Origin: Octopus vulgaris
Lineage: Eukaryota
Length of the DNA: 64,000 bases
Assembly: GCA_951406725.2 (NCBI GenBank)
Contig: OX597819.1
Coordinates: 73,594,001-73,658,000 of the forward strand
Direction: 5' to 3'
Shown: in pieces, positions 14,101 through 29,100 of the stretch
Layout: the number at the start of each line of letters is the position of its first letter
Position numbering within the stretch: position 1 is the stretch's first letter
The notes under the pieces: model-generated
Told to the model about the DNA's origin: nothing
Databases searched by the model: none
The model's input: only the letters and a program-made list of their open reading frames with translations
Position numbers and translations under genes: made by a program

Positions 14101-17100
14101 TTTAGCTTTAATGAAATTTGAACTCATGATCATGGAATCACTGGTTCATCATCTCAAACATTGGATATTATTAGATATTAAGACTGAATTAAAAACAACA
14201 GTCAAAATTATGTTTCAGGAATTAGTAACTCTTCTATAGGAACATTATTGTTCTGAAAACAGATTCTTGAAATTGGTATTGTCTATTGTTTGGTATAGAC
14301 TAACTTTATATTTAGTTACTGTTGTAGAATTTGTTGTATAAGGATAAGTAGTTTGGCATGATGAGTTTAGCATAGACGTCGGCTGTGGCACCACTTGAAC
14401 CCACAAGAACCAGGTTTCAATGGCAAGGGGAACTAAAATGGTTTGTGGTTTGATTACCATAACTGCTGGTTTTTCTGGGTCAGTAGAAGAATTTACAGTC
14501 AATGGAAACATTAAATTATACAGCATTTCCACTTCTGGAGATTCACTGTAAGTTGTACCTGTTTGCAGCTAAGTAGACTGAGGCACTTTTATTCTGCAAC
14601 AGGATATCATCAACCAAGCATTACTTGGCCTGTTACCTTATTGATTCAGCCAAGTACAGGACTGGCCTGGGTCTCCATCAATTCCAATGACAAGTGTTCC
14701 AGCTGGTCCAATGAATGGAACTACTGGCTCATAAAATTACTGTGCAAGTGACCATGTATTCCACAGTACATCTATGCTAACTTAGAGAGATCCAATGAGA
14801 CACAGAGTGTGCCAAGGCTAGCCCTTTGAAATACAGGTACAACTCATTTTTGCAAGCTTAGTAGACGGAAGCAACGGGAAATAAAGTGTCTTGCTCAAGG
14901 ACACACATGCTACCAGGAATCAAACTCACAACCTAATGATTGTGAGCTGAATATCCTGGCCACTAAATCATGTGCCTTCTCCAAATACAACCCTAATCTT
15001 ACATTTAATTAGTTTTATCTCATTAATAAAACAAGGAAACACATCAATAATATTTCTCTGTATGAATTAGTTGTTAATGAGGTAATTTTTGATATTTGTA
15101 ATGTTGGATAAAGTCTGCTGATCTATAGGACAAAGTAACCTGGTAAATAGTTTAACAACAGAGAATATGTCTCCTGTTGGTCTTATTTTAAATCTCAGAT
15201 GGAGAATAGATTAGGAATAGGGAGGAATAAAGACAAGGAAAAACAATTGAGTTTATGGGTAAGAGAAGTGCATTGAACAAATGTACAGAGTACTGAGAGT
15301 GTCTGTAGCAGATCAGGATGGCTACACATGCAGCATGTAGTAAGACTAGCTGAAGACCATCTCGGTACCCTGTGTAGTAGTAATCTCTCTCTCTCTCTGT
15401 CTTTCATATAGTTGTAATATATTTTTAGTTCTTTTGTTAAGCAATTGTGGATTAAGAACAGGAAACACACTCTGCTGATAGTTTGTAAGCGTTTGGTAAT
15501 TTTATTTCCTGGATAACAAAATGAAATGCAACATTAGCAGCAGCAGTGGTGGTGTTGGAAACATCAGGGAACAAAAAAAAAGAAAAGGAAAGGAATACTG
15601 TTCACTAAATAACAAAAGAAAATAAGAGAAGTAGCTTGGTTAATGGTTTGGTTTTCAGGCTATTTGTTTGGATTGTTATTTAATCAATCAGTGGTTGTTT
15701 TTAAGGTACAAGAAGAGGGTGGAGTTAGTTGCATAGCTTGGTGGTTAGGGTGTTGCAAGATTTTGGTTTTGGTTCTTGGACCAAGAAGTGCATTGTGTTC
15801 TTGAGCAAAACACTTTATTCCACATTGCTCCAGTCCACTCAGCTGCATATGGGTCACCCTGTGTCCAGTTCAATGGGGAATGTTGCGATTGACCTCTGCC
15901 ATGGAAATCAGGCAACCAATGCCAAGATTCCTGGAACATGGGACAATAATGTTGAGGGCAGGTGATGATTGAAGGCATAAGTGAAGCTATGTGCAGACAG
16001 GATGCCAAATGCACATTTGCCCAAGGTTAAGAAGCTGAATGGACACAATGCCAAGTGGCCTCAATAATAAAGAAAAAAAAAACATTCCTACCTACATATT
16101 TAATGACCAATTCATCAATTTGGCACTTGAGATTTAACAAGATTAAATTTTAATTTTTGTATGTCCTTTTAGCATCTTGTCCGTTTGGCTTTATCCATTC
16201 GGGATTGTGTCCATTCTCCTCCTTTGCTTTGGCTTCTTGTCCTTCAGCAAAAGTGCATTTGGCATGCCGCCCATGTGCCAGTGAAGCATTATAAGAAGAG
16301 ACAATAGGAAAGTGTGGGGTTTGTGTCGTGTGAAGGGCATTAAAGGCTGAGCATGTTGGTAAGAGAAATGAATGAAATAAGTTTCATAATTGAAGTATAT
16401 AGGCTTCAGTCAAGAATGAAACTGTGTCGAGTCAAACTGCTGAGAGTCGCTTCCATTTTCATAGCAATCTCTATAAATATAAGAAATATTGATCTCTTTT
16501 ATTCAACAAATTACAAGGTTGAGTTTGTTAGGGATCTAATGTAGTTGATTGAATTGATCCGTATCTTATTGAAAGGGATTCTGTTACTCTTTCAGAGGGA
16601 GAAGGTTGAGTTGATCTTGATTTGATTAAAACTTGCAACAGGAATTTGGTCATCTCTGCTACTCTTTTTAGCAGATATAATATTGCCATAATTCTCTGCT
16701 TTCCTTATTTATTAGATATAAACAATTCTTTGAAAGATACTTTTAGTATTGGTGTTTGGACACAATGGTACAACTAACATTCTATCTCAAAGCCCTGCAG
16801 TTTACTTTGCATGAGATCTTAAAAGTAGCTTGTGCATTCTATACATAAACATATATTGTTCTTTTGCAAGAATAATATTGAGAGTAGCTTTGGAGTTTTG
16901 GCTAACGAAGCCATTATCAAAGTCACTGCCAATACTTTTCTGGTTAAAGATTAATAAATTTGTACTCTATACAAAGTATTGAGTAATCATCTAGGTTAAT
17001 GTTAAATTGTTTTTATTGTAAAAACAAACATTAATATATATATGTATATATGTCTGTAGACATATGTGTGTGTGCATACACACATATATACATGTGTATG

Positions 17101-20100
17101 CATCTTAATTGAATATACTTGTACTGCATTTATTTTCTGGCTCACTTAACAAACTTATTCTTTTTGAATGCGGTTATTAATTTGTTGTTTAATAAATTAT
17201 TATTGCTGACACACCTAATCAACTTTAGAGAAGTTAAATTCTCTAAACTCAACAAGGAAACCAAGGTATGTGTTTGGCTTGTTATATTTTACCATTGAAT
17301 ACATTGTTGTCTTTATGAGAAGACTTCATAGGAAATAATATTAAATTGTGTTGACATGGTGGTTGTTGTTGTTGCTATTGTTTTTTCTTCTTAGAATAAT
17401 CGACTTTTCCTTTTCTTGTCATTACATAGTTCTGTTTAGTGTATACATATATATATACATATATATATTCTTTCATTATTTCTTTCTTCTTTGAATTTTT
17501 AATTGACAGACCAAAGCCAAGGAAAGATACCCTTTGCTGGGCTTATTTCCAAGCAACGTAATCCACTTTTATATCCCTAAAAATCCTTTCTTTGATCTTT
17601 TAGTTATATCGTCCCTTATTTGTGTATCATATATGGTGGAAGGCACAGATTATTTCATAGTTGAAACAAAAAAAAAAGAACAACAAACTTTTATATATTT
17701 CAAGTTCCGTTGAATTTTAATGTTTTTTATTTACCCACCATCATCCTTTGATGTGGTTAAACAAGCAGTCCCAACCAGTCGGTATTCACAGTATGAGCTG
17801 TACCATTCATCCATTTGATTACTGAATCAAGACATGGCTTGCAAGGCCTCTGTTTAGGCGATTTTCCTGAGTTAGCATCCCACTCTTGTACCCCAATCCA
17901 TCACAAGGTTACTCACTTGTAGATGAGTGGAGCAATGTGATGAAACGAAATGTGTGGCTCAAGAGCACAATGCAAAGCCAGTCTGGAAATTGAAACCTCG
18001 ATCTCACTGTCACAAATTCAACACTCTAACCACTACACCAGGTGCCACACATTAATAGATTTCGTCTTTCAACTGTTTCAAGCATTTGACTGTGGCCATG
18101 CTGGGGCACCACTCTGAAGGGTTTAGTTGAGTAAATAAATGCTAGTACTATTTTTTAAAAAGTCTGGTACATATTCTATTAGTCTTCTTTGCCAACTACT
18201 AAGTGAAAGGTCATAAACAAACCAACATTGGCTGTCAAGCAGTGGTCAGGTAAACTCTCTCTCTCTCTCACATACACATGTATGGGAGGAATCTTCCATC
18301 AAAGACAAAGCACGAGCATTCAGCTTTTGCTGGACAAATGATTTGTTTATTGTGATCAAATGTGTGTGCCATACATTACCTCACTCTCTTCATGAAATCA
18401 ATAATGCCTGTACAGGTGCACAAGGGTACTAACATGCCAGGTATTAAAATGTGCAAGGATGCAAGCTGCTCAGGTCGGGAATCGAACCCACTATCTAGCA
18501 ATTGAGAGTGCAAACCCCCTAACTACTAGGCCATGTGCCTTAACTTTACACACGCACACACTTAAACATTTCAACAACTCCCATCGTTAAGTATGTAGTA
18601 TTGATAATGTTTTTGCTATAGAGCTGCTTCTATTGTATAATTCAAACATAGACATGTTTGTGTATACATACATACGTGTGTGTGTATATATATATATAAA
18701 TGTAATATATTCTTAGTCTGAAACTACTTTGAAGACGGCCATATTTAATCCAGGTTGTGATTGACATATTGAAGTTAAGTTGTTTGGGGAATTGACTTTT
18801 GTGCAAAAGTCCAGTTTTCAAAGTAATATCACGGGTCGACTATACTTATATCAACAGAGAAACATCATTGATTTTGATTCAGTGATTTCACTGGAGGATC
18901 CTGTTATTTATTCTATGCTCTCTCTCTCTCCATTTGGAAAATTATAAGCTCATGGTTTTTACTTTCGGTAATGTATCTCAGTGAAAATAGTTACTTCCAA
19001 TGTATGGTTTAGCGGTTCTCTAGATGAAGAAATGTTGCTGTAGAAATTAAGATAAAAATCCAAGCATATTGATTCTTTTAATTGTAGTTCAACATATTAC
19101 AAAAAATGTCCAACACCATGACCTCCACTTCAAAATATCAGTTAATTCTTATTATTTTTGGAGTGGTGGGCAATTATTTGATTCTGATCCTAATAGCGAA
19201 CTGGATATCTGTCTCATTAATCTGTGAGATTTCATCAACTAAAATGTTGGTAAATTTTAGAACATTTTACGCTATTTACTTCTTTAATCACCCCCTCCCC
19301 AGTGAATGTTGTAATTTGTCAGACATCAATGGCAGAATTCCAAATGAATTTATTTGTATTTTGCCATTTGGTTTGAGTTAACTATTTTTACCTGTCTTCA
19401 TGAAAGAATTAACCTCTCTCTTCACAACGGAATGGCTAATGTTATTTTGCTGACTTACAAGCTGGTGATTTGGCAGAATTTTGTTAGCATGCTGGACAGA
19501 ATTCCTAGCAGCACTTCTTCTGGCTTTACATTCTAAGGTCAATGTTATCCTTCCTCCCATTAGAATCATTAAAATAACTCCCAATCAAGATGTTATCAAC
19601 CAGTTCCTTCCTTCAAAATTTCAGGCCTTGTACCTACAAGAGAAAGAATTATCATGCTGCTTTTCTAAAACTTCCGAATGGTTAAAGGCGTGATTTTGCT
19701 CTTTGCCTTTATATTCCTTTACTTGTTTCAGTCATTTGACTGTGGTCATGCTGGAGCACAGCCTTAAAGAGTGCTAGTCGAAGAAATCGACTGCAGGATT
19801 TATTCTTTGTAAGCCTAGTACTTATTCTATCGGTCTCTTTTGCCAAATCGCTAAGTTACGGGGACATAAACATACCTGCATCAGTTGTCAAATGGTAAGG
19901 GGGGGGTGACAAACACACAGACACACACATACACACACACACAAATGTATATATATATGACAAGATTCTTTCAGTTTCCGTCTACCAAATCCACTCACAA
20001 GGTTTTGGTCAGCCTGAGGCTATAGTAGAAGACGCTTGCCCAAAGTGCTGCACAGTGGGACTGAACCCGGAACCATATGGTTGGGAGGCAAGCTTCTTAC

Positions 20101-23100
20101 CACAGAGTGATACCTGTGTTGAAGTTTTAGACAACATACATTGTTCCTTGCATCAATCAACATAGCTGAAACAATTGTAATCCTTTGACTTCCTGACTTT
20201 CTGATTTACATTAGGAAGAGTGGCCATTGAGATTAATCTCTGCTGTCATCTTTAATGGAGAGCAATTTCAACCAGTGAAACAAACGTTGAAAATATCTTG
20301 AGCGAACTTTTAATTACAGTTTGATATTTTATATAGAAACTATAAAATGTTTTTGAAGAGATATCTGTACAATAAGTGGGAGCTATCTGGTGAATAGGTG
20401 TTGCTACTTGGAAGTATTTTTTTTTAATTATTGCAAATAGGAAAAAAAAAAATGTAAATAAAGAATTTAATTGAAAAAATATATCTATCCAATTGATCAT
20501 AGATTTTGCTATAAGAAACTAATTAATGAAATATTCTGTGCCTTTCCGCCATATTACTGTAGTTTTGGTAAAAAAAAAAAAAGAGTCCTTCACATTTGTT
20601 TGCATTTGTCATTTGCACTGTTTTTTCTGGAATTATTCTTATTTTCATTTGATTAAAAAACTTGATTAAAGTTGATTTCCTTATTGTCATTAATGAAGTG
20701 TGCACCTGATCAGATAGAAAAAAAACTTATTTGCTGTTTCACATTGCATGCTGTCTATATTTAAAGGATGCATTTTCACCTGTCAGTGTTTACTGATGTA
20801 GAATGTGTAGAATGTAAAACAGATGAATCACAATAGATTTCTTGTCTCATGCCACAGACCTCTTTGTGTTATATTCCTCATTAGTTTTGCACCATAGTGT
20901 TGATCTGGTCTCCAAATAGCATCCTTCACCTCTGAATTGAACAGGTTATGGCATAGAAGAGGAACTAATCAAACACATTGAGAAGACTCTACACACACTG
21001 AAAGAGACCCGGTTCAATGAAACCTTGAAGTTTGATTAGTTTTTCTAATGCAACAACATTATACTCTCTGCACTGTGAATTTTCTAATTATTCCAATATC
21101 CATTGTTGCATCTCATCTTGTCCACAGAGTCAGTCTGCATCAGTTTTGATATGATCATTTGAAATCTTTCTCATGACCATACCATTCTCTAAACATATGG
21201 TTTCCATTCTAAGAATGGTAGAGAGTTTCCTGAAAATGGTTTGCCTTGTATTAACAGAACTGATTGTGAAGAAGCTTCCTTACTTGCTCAACGAAGCCAT
21301 TTTCTGCACCCACACCCCAAAAATATTGCTAAAAAGCAAAATATTTTCAAATTAGTACGTTGTTTGTTTTTCTTTTTGCTTGAAATTCTTTTTGTTTATC
21401 ATTGTTCATAATTTATTTTGTTATGAAACCTGGGTAGGTTGTCTTCTGTTCTTGTATTGTCTTGTGTTTTTTATGCTGTACTATTTTATGTAGTGCTTCT
21501 GTAAACAGATTACTAGTTCTGTCTTCCAGTGAATGAAATCTGTTGACTTTTTTTATTGTGCATCAGGCCTAGTAATGTATGTGAGAGAGAGAGAGAACAT
21601 TTTAAGAGAAATGTTAGTGAATGTTTTGCTATTCCTAAAATAATTGTTTTCCTCTCTACTTTCAGTACATTGTTTCACTATTCTGATATTGACCACTTTG
21701 TCTCTGATAATGACCACATATCTTTCAGCCTCCCTGATGAGGTTAATCACTTGCAGTTATCCTATGTGTCAATGTGGATTAGGATTATAGTTAGTAATAG
21801 GGTAAAATAACAGTCAAGTTGATGGCAGGTTCTTGGTTCTTGGACCTGGAAAAGCCTTGAGCATCAACATGAGATTTCTTCTCGGTCTTTTTTTGACCTT
21901 TTTACACTTACTGTTCCTCTGCTGATACCAGGAAGTTGTGTACCGACAATACTGAAATCCACTCGATTAATCCTTCTCTCTTTCTCTATCAGTCTTATCT
22001 AGTCTCACCCACCACCAGTCTGGAAGGACTTATACAGATCATAGAGAAGAGGAGTAATATACATACATATGAGGGTGAGTCAAAAAGTAATGCCATTTTG
22101 TTTAGGACAGGTATAATTACCAACACAGGAACATGTATCATACATCAAAATGAAGCTGATCCTCTGTGGATCACATCCTTACTTCTCAACATAGTCACCG
22201 TTTCTCTCAATAGCAATGTTCCACCTTCGAATGAGAGCATATACCCCTGCCCTGTAAAATTCTGTTGACTGTTCTTTGAGCCACTTCTTCACTACAGTTT
22301 TCACTTCCTTGTCACCGGAATAAAGTTTGCCTGTCAAACCCTCTTTCGTAACACCAAAGAGATGATAGTCTGAAGGCACTAAATCTGGTGAGTGTGGAGG
22401 TAGTGAAGAAGTGGCTCAAGGAACAGTCGGCAGAATTTTATGGGGCAGGGATATATGCTCTCATTTGAAGGTGGAACATTGCTATTGAAACGGTGACTAT
22501 GTTGAGAAATAGGGATGTGATCCACAGAGGACCAGCTTCATTTTGATGTATGATACATGTTCCTGTGTTGATAATTATACCTGTCCTAAACAAAATGGCA
22601 TTACTTTTTGACTTATATATATTTATGAGAGAGAGGAAAGATAAAAGAAGCTGAGAGGATGTATATTTATTCCATTCAATTACAGCTGTTTCAACAAGAT
22701 TGTGAAACATGTAAACAAATGGAATCAAGATCTACTCTCTCATCTCACTTCTCATATCTGTTCTGTTCACATACGTTCTTTCCACCATTATCTCTCCTGG
22801 ATTTTCAGAATGACACAAAGGTTTATCCTCACCACCCCAACCATGGTTATTCATGTTAGTCATGCACTTGGCAGAAAGTTTAATGTGGTACATATATATA
22901 TATATACATATATATATATAACCTGATCATGTAATTGACGAGACTCTTGGATGTTGTTATACGTTGCTGGTCACAAAGCACTTTGCATTGTTCTTGTTTT
23001 TGAATGGTGTTACGCCACTGGTTAGGAGAGCAGGCCAACATTCCCCAACAGTTGGAAGATTAGTCTGTTGGAGGGTGACTTTTATAGCTGAGTGGACTGG

Positions 23101-26100
23101 GGCAACTTGAAATGAAGTGTTTTGCTCAAGAACGCAATGCATCACTTTATCTGGGAATAGAAACCATGCTCTCACATTTGTGAATGCAACACCCTAACCA
23201 CTGAGCCACATACCTTCACATATCTGCTATTTGTTGTTTTATTATTATACTTGCCCCTAAGGCAGTCAGCTGGCAGAATCGCTAGCATGCTGGGCAAAAT
23301 GTTTGACAGTATTTTACCTGTCACTACATTCTGAGTTCAAATCCTGCTGAGGTCGACTTTGACTTTCATCCTTTTGGGGGTCAATTAAATAGGTTCCAGT
23401 TATGCATTAGGGTCAATGTAATCGACTTAAACCCTTCCCCCAAGCTGCCTTTGTGGCAAAAATTTGAAATAATTATTATACCTGCCCCTTTTCATGTAAG
23501 CCCCACTCAAGCTACCTGAACATACAAATGTATACAGATTCCCTAAATGTTTGCACTCACTCTGTATAATTGAAATAATTTGCTCTGACATATAATTTGA
23601 CTGTTTCTTCTTCTATTAAACCCAGTAGACTAACTTGGTTAGTGTTAACATAATTAATGTAGTGGACATTACAAATCTAATTAGAAATAATTGCACAGTG
23701 AGAAAAAGAAAATTTCAGCTTAGCTGAAATTGTCTTTATTTAATTATTTAAATAATATTATTTAAATAATTTCAGTAAGTTGAGGAGAGAACTTCAGTCA
23801 TGTTTCAGCTGTATGAGGCCTCCTCAGTAAAGTATTAACACTACTGTATTTTCCAAAGTAATTAGCAGTACATTGTTGTGGGTAGCAAGAACACTGCATT
23901 GAGTATGTTAACACTAACTTGCCACATGTTTTTTTTCATATGGCTGGCATCCTTGAGTAGTTAACCCCATATGTTATTGTTTTCATAGCTTACTTAATTC
24001 ATCTTCACATTTAGAGAGCTTTTACTGAACTCAGCCTCTATATCTAACAATGTTAATCACAACAATTTCAAAATCTCACATCCTGTATATATGATATTTG
24101 CTGTTGTTGTTGTTGTTACTATTATTACTGCTGTTGCTGCTGCTACTACTATTGATGAAAATATTAACAAAAAAGAAAAACAAAACATTTTTGTTGTTAC
24201 TATTATCATTGTTTTTGTCATTCTCCAGCAGAGATTCAACTTACAATGCCTATTTCAGTGTTTACCAGCTTCATCTGTGGCCATCATCTTCTCAGTCATG
24301 CTGTTGGTGGCACTAATTTGTTTGCACAAAGACTAAATGTAGTAATACTTTCAACACTCAACAATATATCCCTGAGAGAAACTGAGAAGCTATCCAGATA
24401 TAAAGACGTTAAAATAGAGATAACCAAAACGTGTGGATTGAAAACAAAAGCAAATCTTAGTAACAGGTGCCTTAGAAATGATAAAAAAAGCAAGACACAA
24501 CTAATCAAAACTGCTGAACTTGGAACATAACATGAAGTATTTGATTATATAGAATAGAATAAAAAGAAACAGAAATAAATCAGAACATTGGGTGGTTGGA
24601 GAGAGCTGATAGGGATGACAGAAAAAACATAAGGGATTGAGTGGGTTTGTATAATGCTGGTGTAGGAGTAGACAATTCCATGGAAGAAAAACAGTCAGAG
24701 TAGTAAGCAAAGGGGCAGAAAAGAAAGAACATGTCATTGTGTGTGGGGTGGTTATTTAGTGTTTGGGGAGGGAATCCTTCTGGTTAGGCAGAAGGCCAAG
24801 TTTTGGTTTGGTCTACAGTGTTTCTCAATTTTGTTGCCTCTGGACCCCCTTTTGACTCCTATTTGACTCGGATGGGCCCTTTTACTCATTCAATGTTTCC
24901 AAAAAATCCTGTTATGTTTCGATGATTAAATATTATTAGGAATTGTATTAAAAAAATAATAAACATTTTGTGTATTGTAGAAATATAATCAAATTCTTGC
25001 AGATCAATTTTAACAGCAAAATCTTATGTGGACTCCCAAGGACCATATGGATCCCGGTTGAGAACCACTGGTCTAGAATATGTGCGTAAGAGCTGAGAGT
25101 CTGATTAGCATTTGGACAACGCCTGAATATGGTAGAATTTGAGAAACTGATCAGAGTGGAAGTATTTGCTTGTCTTGGAACAGAAACCCAGTTACCATGG
25201 AAATCCCATCAGAAATTTTGAGATTTAATATTTGAAGCAAGTGTGATAGTTTTAGCTATGATTTTCTCAAGAACAAGATAGGACGTGCTTTGAATGGATT
25301 GTTTGCATTTTTATTTTATATTTTTAATGTTTTTGGATAGTATTGTATCAGACAAGGTTGTCATATTTATATTTTAGTTCTGTGCTTAAGAAATGCAATG
25401 ATCAACATATTTAGATTTTGTGTGGACAATTTCTAGACTTGCAGTAAAACTTACTTTATCGATTTCTGCACCCCCTTTTCTCATTTTACCCCAGTCTAAT
25501 CTTCATTGTCTCTGCCCCCTCCCCATCTTGGGGCTTGTAGTCTCTTGCAAGCTGCATGGTGACCTCTTCAGTGCTGGGGGTACGGAAAAGAGCATCCAGT
25601 ACATTCCATAAGGTGGTTGGCATCAAGAAAGTCACCCAACCATGAAAACTATGCCAAAGCAAACACTGGAGCATGACGATGATGATGATGATGATGGCTG
25701 TGAGTGGAGGTGAAGGAAGAGTAAAGATAACATTTGCATGGAAGTCATGGTGTTGAATGTGGCACCAAAAATGTTCTTAATGTACAGAAGCAGTTCTGTT
25801 GACATAACTGAAGCCTGGAGCACACACGTCAGATTATTCTCTCAAATGTGATGCTTATTCACTCGTATTGTTTAGAATTGCTCATGCATTATTCTGTAGC
25901 TTCAAGATTTTGATGATGTGGTTGTTTGTTTCTATAATGACATTGTAGACTGGATGTGAGAGACCAGATCTGGTCTGTTTGAACAGAAAACATGTAAAAT
26001 ATTTGAGCTGGATTTGACCAGTTTAAATGCTAAAAGATTAAAGAAGGATTTTTTTTCTCCTGAGAGAAAGAAGGAACACATAGATGGGCAACTTAGCCAG

Positions 26101-29100
26101 GAGGTGCTCAGGCCAGACAGGAATTCTTTGTTGATGCTGAATTTCTCTATGACAAGAGATCACTGGTCTGTCATGTAGAAAATTAGGTCTTTTGTAGAGA
26201 TGGCACTAATAAAATGGTATTAATGATTGGCTGAATTATGGAAGTAAGGATATTCAAGATGGTAAAGAAGCAGGTGGTTGTTTTCATCTTTTAGATGTGG
26301 AATAATGTAAGTTAGAGATATAGAGTAATTATTGGAAAAGTCTATTTTCATAGGTTGGCTGATTCTAATAATAGGGAAAAGATTGAAAAGGTCAGTGAGG
26401 TTAGGAACTAGGCTAAAACTACACTGTTTTGAAGGTAATGGTAGGGATCACCATTGAAACGGTTTATGAAGTGATTTGAGGAATTCTGTTGGTAGTTGTA
26501 TGAAGAGAAGTAGATACGGATTAGAAGAGGAGTTTTGGAAAAGTTTTCCTGTCTGTAGAATTTGAAGCAAAGTACAAAACAAACTTGGGTTTACATATGT
26601 TTATGATAATTACAGAGCGACTTTCATTGAAGATAATCTTGCAAAGTTAACAGAAATGTTATGGTAAAAGATCAAAAGTTGTCAGAGGGTCTAAATCCCC
26701 TTTTTCGGGAGGTGAGAAAATTTGCAGGATGTTTCAGTACCTGAAAGCAATGTTTGTTGGCATTATGATGGAGGATGTTTGCCCTTTAGCTATGTTTCTG
26801 GATGACTTTCTCCAGATGCTGAAGGCCATGTTCTTGGGCAGTTATGGGTGAGAAAGTTGGTTGGGGGATTGTGATCTTTGGTTGTATGAAGGACTTTGTG
26901 GATTATATTTAGGAAGACAAAGCTGTCTTGGATACGTAGGAAGGAGAACCTAGCTACTGTGTTGGTGTATCTTGGTTAACTGATTTGAAACAAATCATTT
27001 CAGTATTCTAGCCTAGAAAGTAGCAGAGGAATAGACTATAGCCAGGTGAAAGAAAACCCCACCAAAACCCTGCCAAATATTTTGTTACAGTTCTCAATAT
27101 TAGACCTCTATAAACTGAATTAAGATATTATAAAATTGTTATACCTCACTCACTATGTCACATAGTTTTGTTACAACTCACACAAAGTCTGACTTGTCTT
27201 CTGCCAAAGTAATTATTCTATCAAACAATTGTCCTTCAATTTACAGGTGACTCATTATTACATGTTCTACCTTGACATTTCTTTGATCTTAATTAGTAAC
27301 AGAGTCTCTTGTGAGCTATTTCTCTCCATATTGCATTCATTTTAATTCACTGCAATGCAGTTGAGTCTGTTCTCTCTTCTGTTCTTACTGAAGTAGACTT
27401 TAAATAGAATAATAAATTTAAACAAACACACACACACTTGCTCTTGCTGGATTTGTAAATTTTTCTGTTTAAATCCAACCCATGACTTTTGGGTCTGAAA
27501 GTAGTTTCCCATTTGTCATGTAATGCCTTTATTTGTTTCACATGTTTAATCTGTCCCCCCATCCCACCCCCAATAAACAAGCTCTTTGAAGGAACCAATT
27601 AAATTTGTTAATTGAGTAACTGAATGCTGGGACTGCAGTTTTTATTAATTTTATATTACATGTTTTTTTTTTGTTTTTTTCATTGCAATGTCTTCTGCAG
27701 CAACAGCAGCAGCACTCAAAGGTTTTTTTTTTATGCACTGGTGTTTGTGTTGCAGTTCCTTCAGCAATGTGCAAAGTACTGCCTGAATATGCACTGCAGT
27801 AGTTTTGCTACATTTGAAGAATTTGTCAGCCCTTTTTGACTTTGTATATATGTTTGTGACTGTGTGGATATGAAAATGTATATACAGTAACCCTTTGACT
27901 ATCGCAGGTATTATGTTCCAAAACCTCCCACAAAAATAATTAAATTCTAAAAAAATATAAATACATATCAGCCACAGAAACCCAGATATACAAAGGAGTC
28001 CATGATATAAATTTGCATATATTAACCAGAAAAATCTGTGATGTATTGAGTGTACAATAGGTGAACCGTGATGGTGAGGGATTACTGTATATGTATATAT
28101 ATAGTTCTTTGATAAATTTTTTTATGTTCCTTCTCTTTATTTTAATTGTTATTGTCTTCATCAGTCTATACTATTTTCTCGTTCATTGTTCATGATTTCT
28201 TGTCAATGTTCCACTAGCTTGTCAATGCCTTAACAGTAGAAATCGCTGGGGGCCTTCTTGATTCAAATAACATTGGAAACAAACAAGCAAATTTATCTGA
28301 CAACCCTACACACACACACACACACACACACAATTTGCGTGCCCTTCATTATGCTGCTTATGATGTTTACCATTAATTATATTTTAGTGTTTAATTCTCT
28401 TGTGAATGTTGTGTTGGTCTGCCCTTGTTTCTCACTTCTGTATATTTGTTTCACTGAGTCAGACAAAACCAACTAGAAGGCACAGTTACAACTATTGTTT
28501 CACATCTTTTTGTTGAATATTTTATTTAAATATTATTAGCACCAAAATAACTTCTGCTCTTAGAACTGTGTCTGTAGGTCTTTTATCAGTTAGTAGCATA
28601 AGTCTCTATAATCTATATGATAGCTATAATTTGATCTTTGCCTGTGTGTTGCTACGCTACACTGCCAGCCATTTCTCTCATCAGTTTTCACACCAACTAC
28701 TGCTTAACTCACACTACACTATCAGCTCTTTCTTGAGAGTAAGAGACGGGGAGGCTGTATGTATGCTTCTATGTGTAAAATAGAGATGGAAAGAGTAGGT
28801 GAAATAAATGTGCATGCACACACAGCACAGCAGATACTGCATGATATATGTAGCAATCTACCATCTTTAAGATAGTGTGTTAGCACATATATATATATAA
28901 ATATAAACAAATACATCTTGTTATATTTTGTGCATCAGTTTGTTTTAGTAAGTACAATAGAAAAACTGAGTTTTAAAATATATAACAACATTGACACCTT
29001 GAATATGTATATTGGACATAAAGTGGAAAATGTAAAACAAGAGAGCAGTGTTGATTGATTTGGAATTGGCAATTGAGAATTTCTAGCACGTCTTTCAAGC

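Noticed and set aside
13700-14560. Nested minus-strand gene suggested by clustered ORFs
   Set aside because: No recognisable domain and no consistent splice pattern.
19106-19693. Overlapping short ORFs as a nested gene
   Set aside because: The downstream part is a decayed family C SINE, and the peptides lack recognisable motifs.
21173-21355. Coding exon ending at tta|gtacgt
   Set aside because: The nearby acceptor at 21127 leads to stops in all frames, and the open frames do not fit the phase of exon 7; at most a non-coding exon.
27475-27525. Possible additional minus-strand hammerhead (augacaa..uggg/ccc..aaaaguc)
   Set aside because: Too many core mismatches and no convincing stem I.
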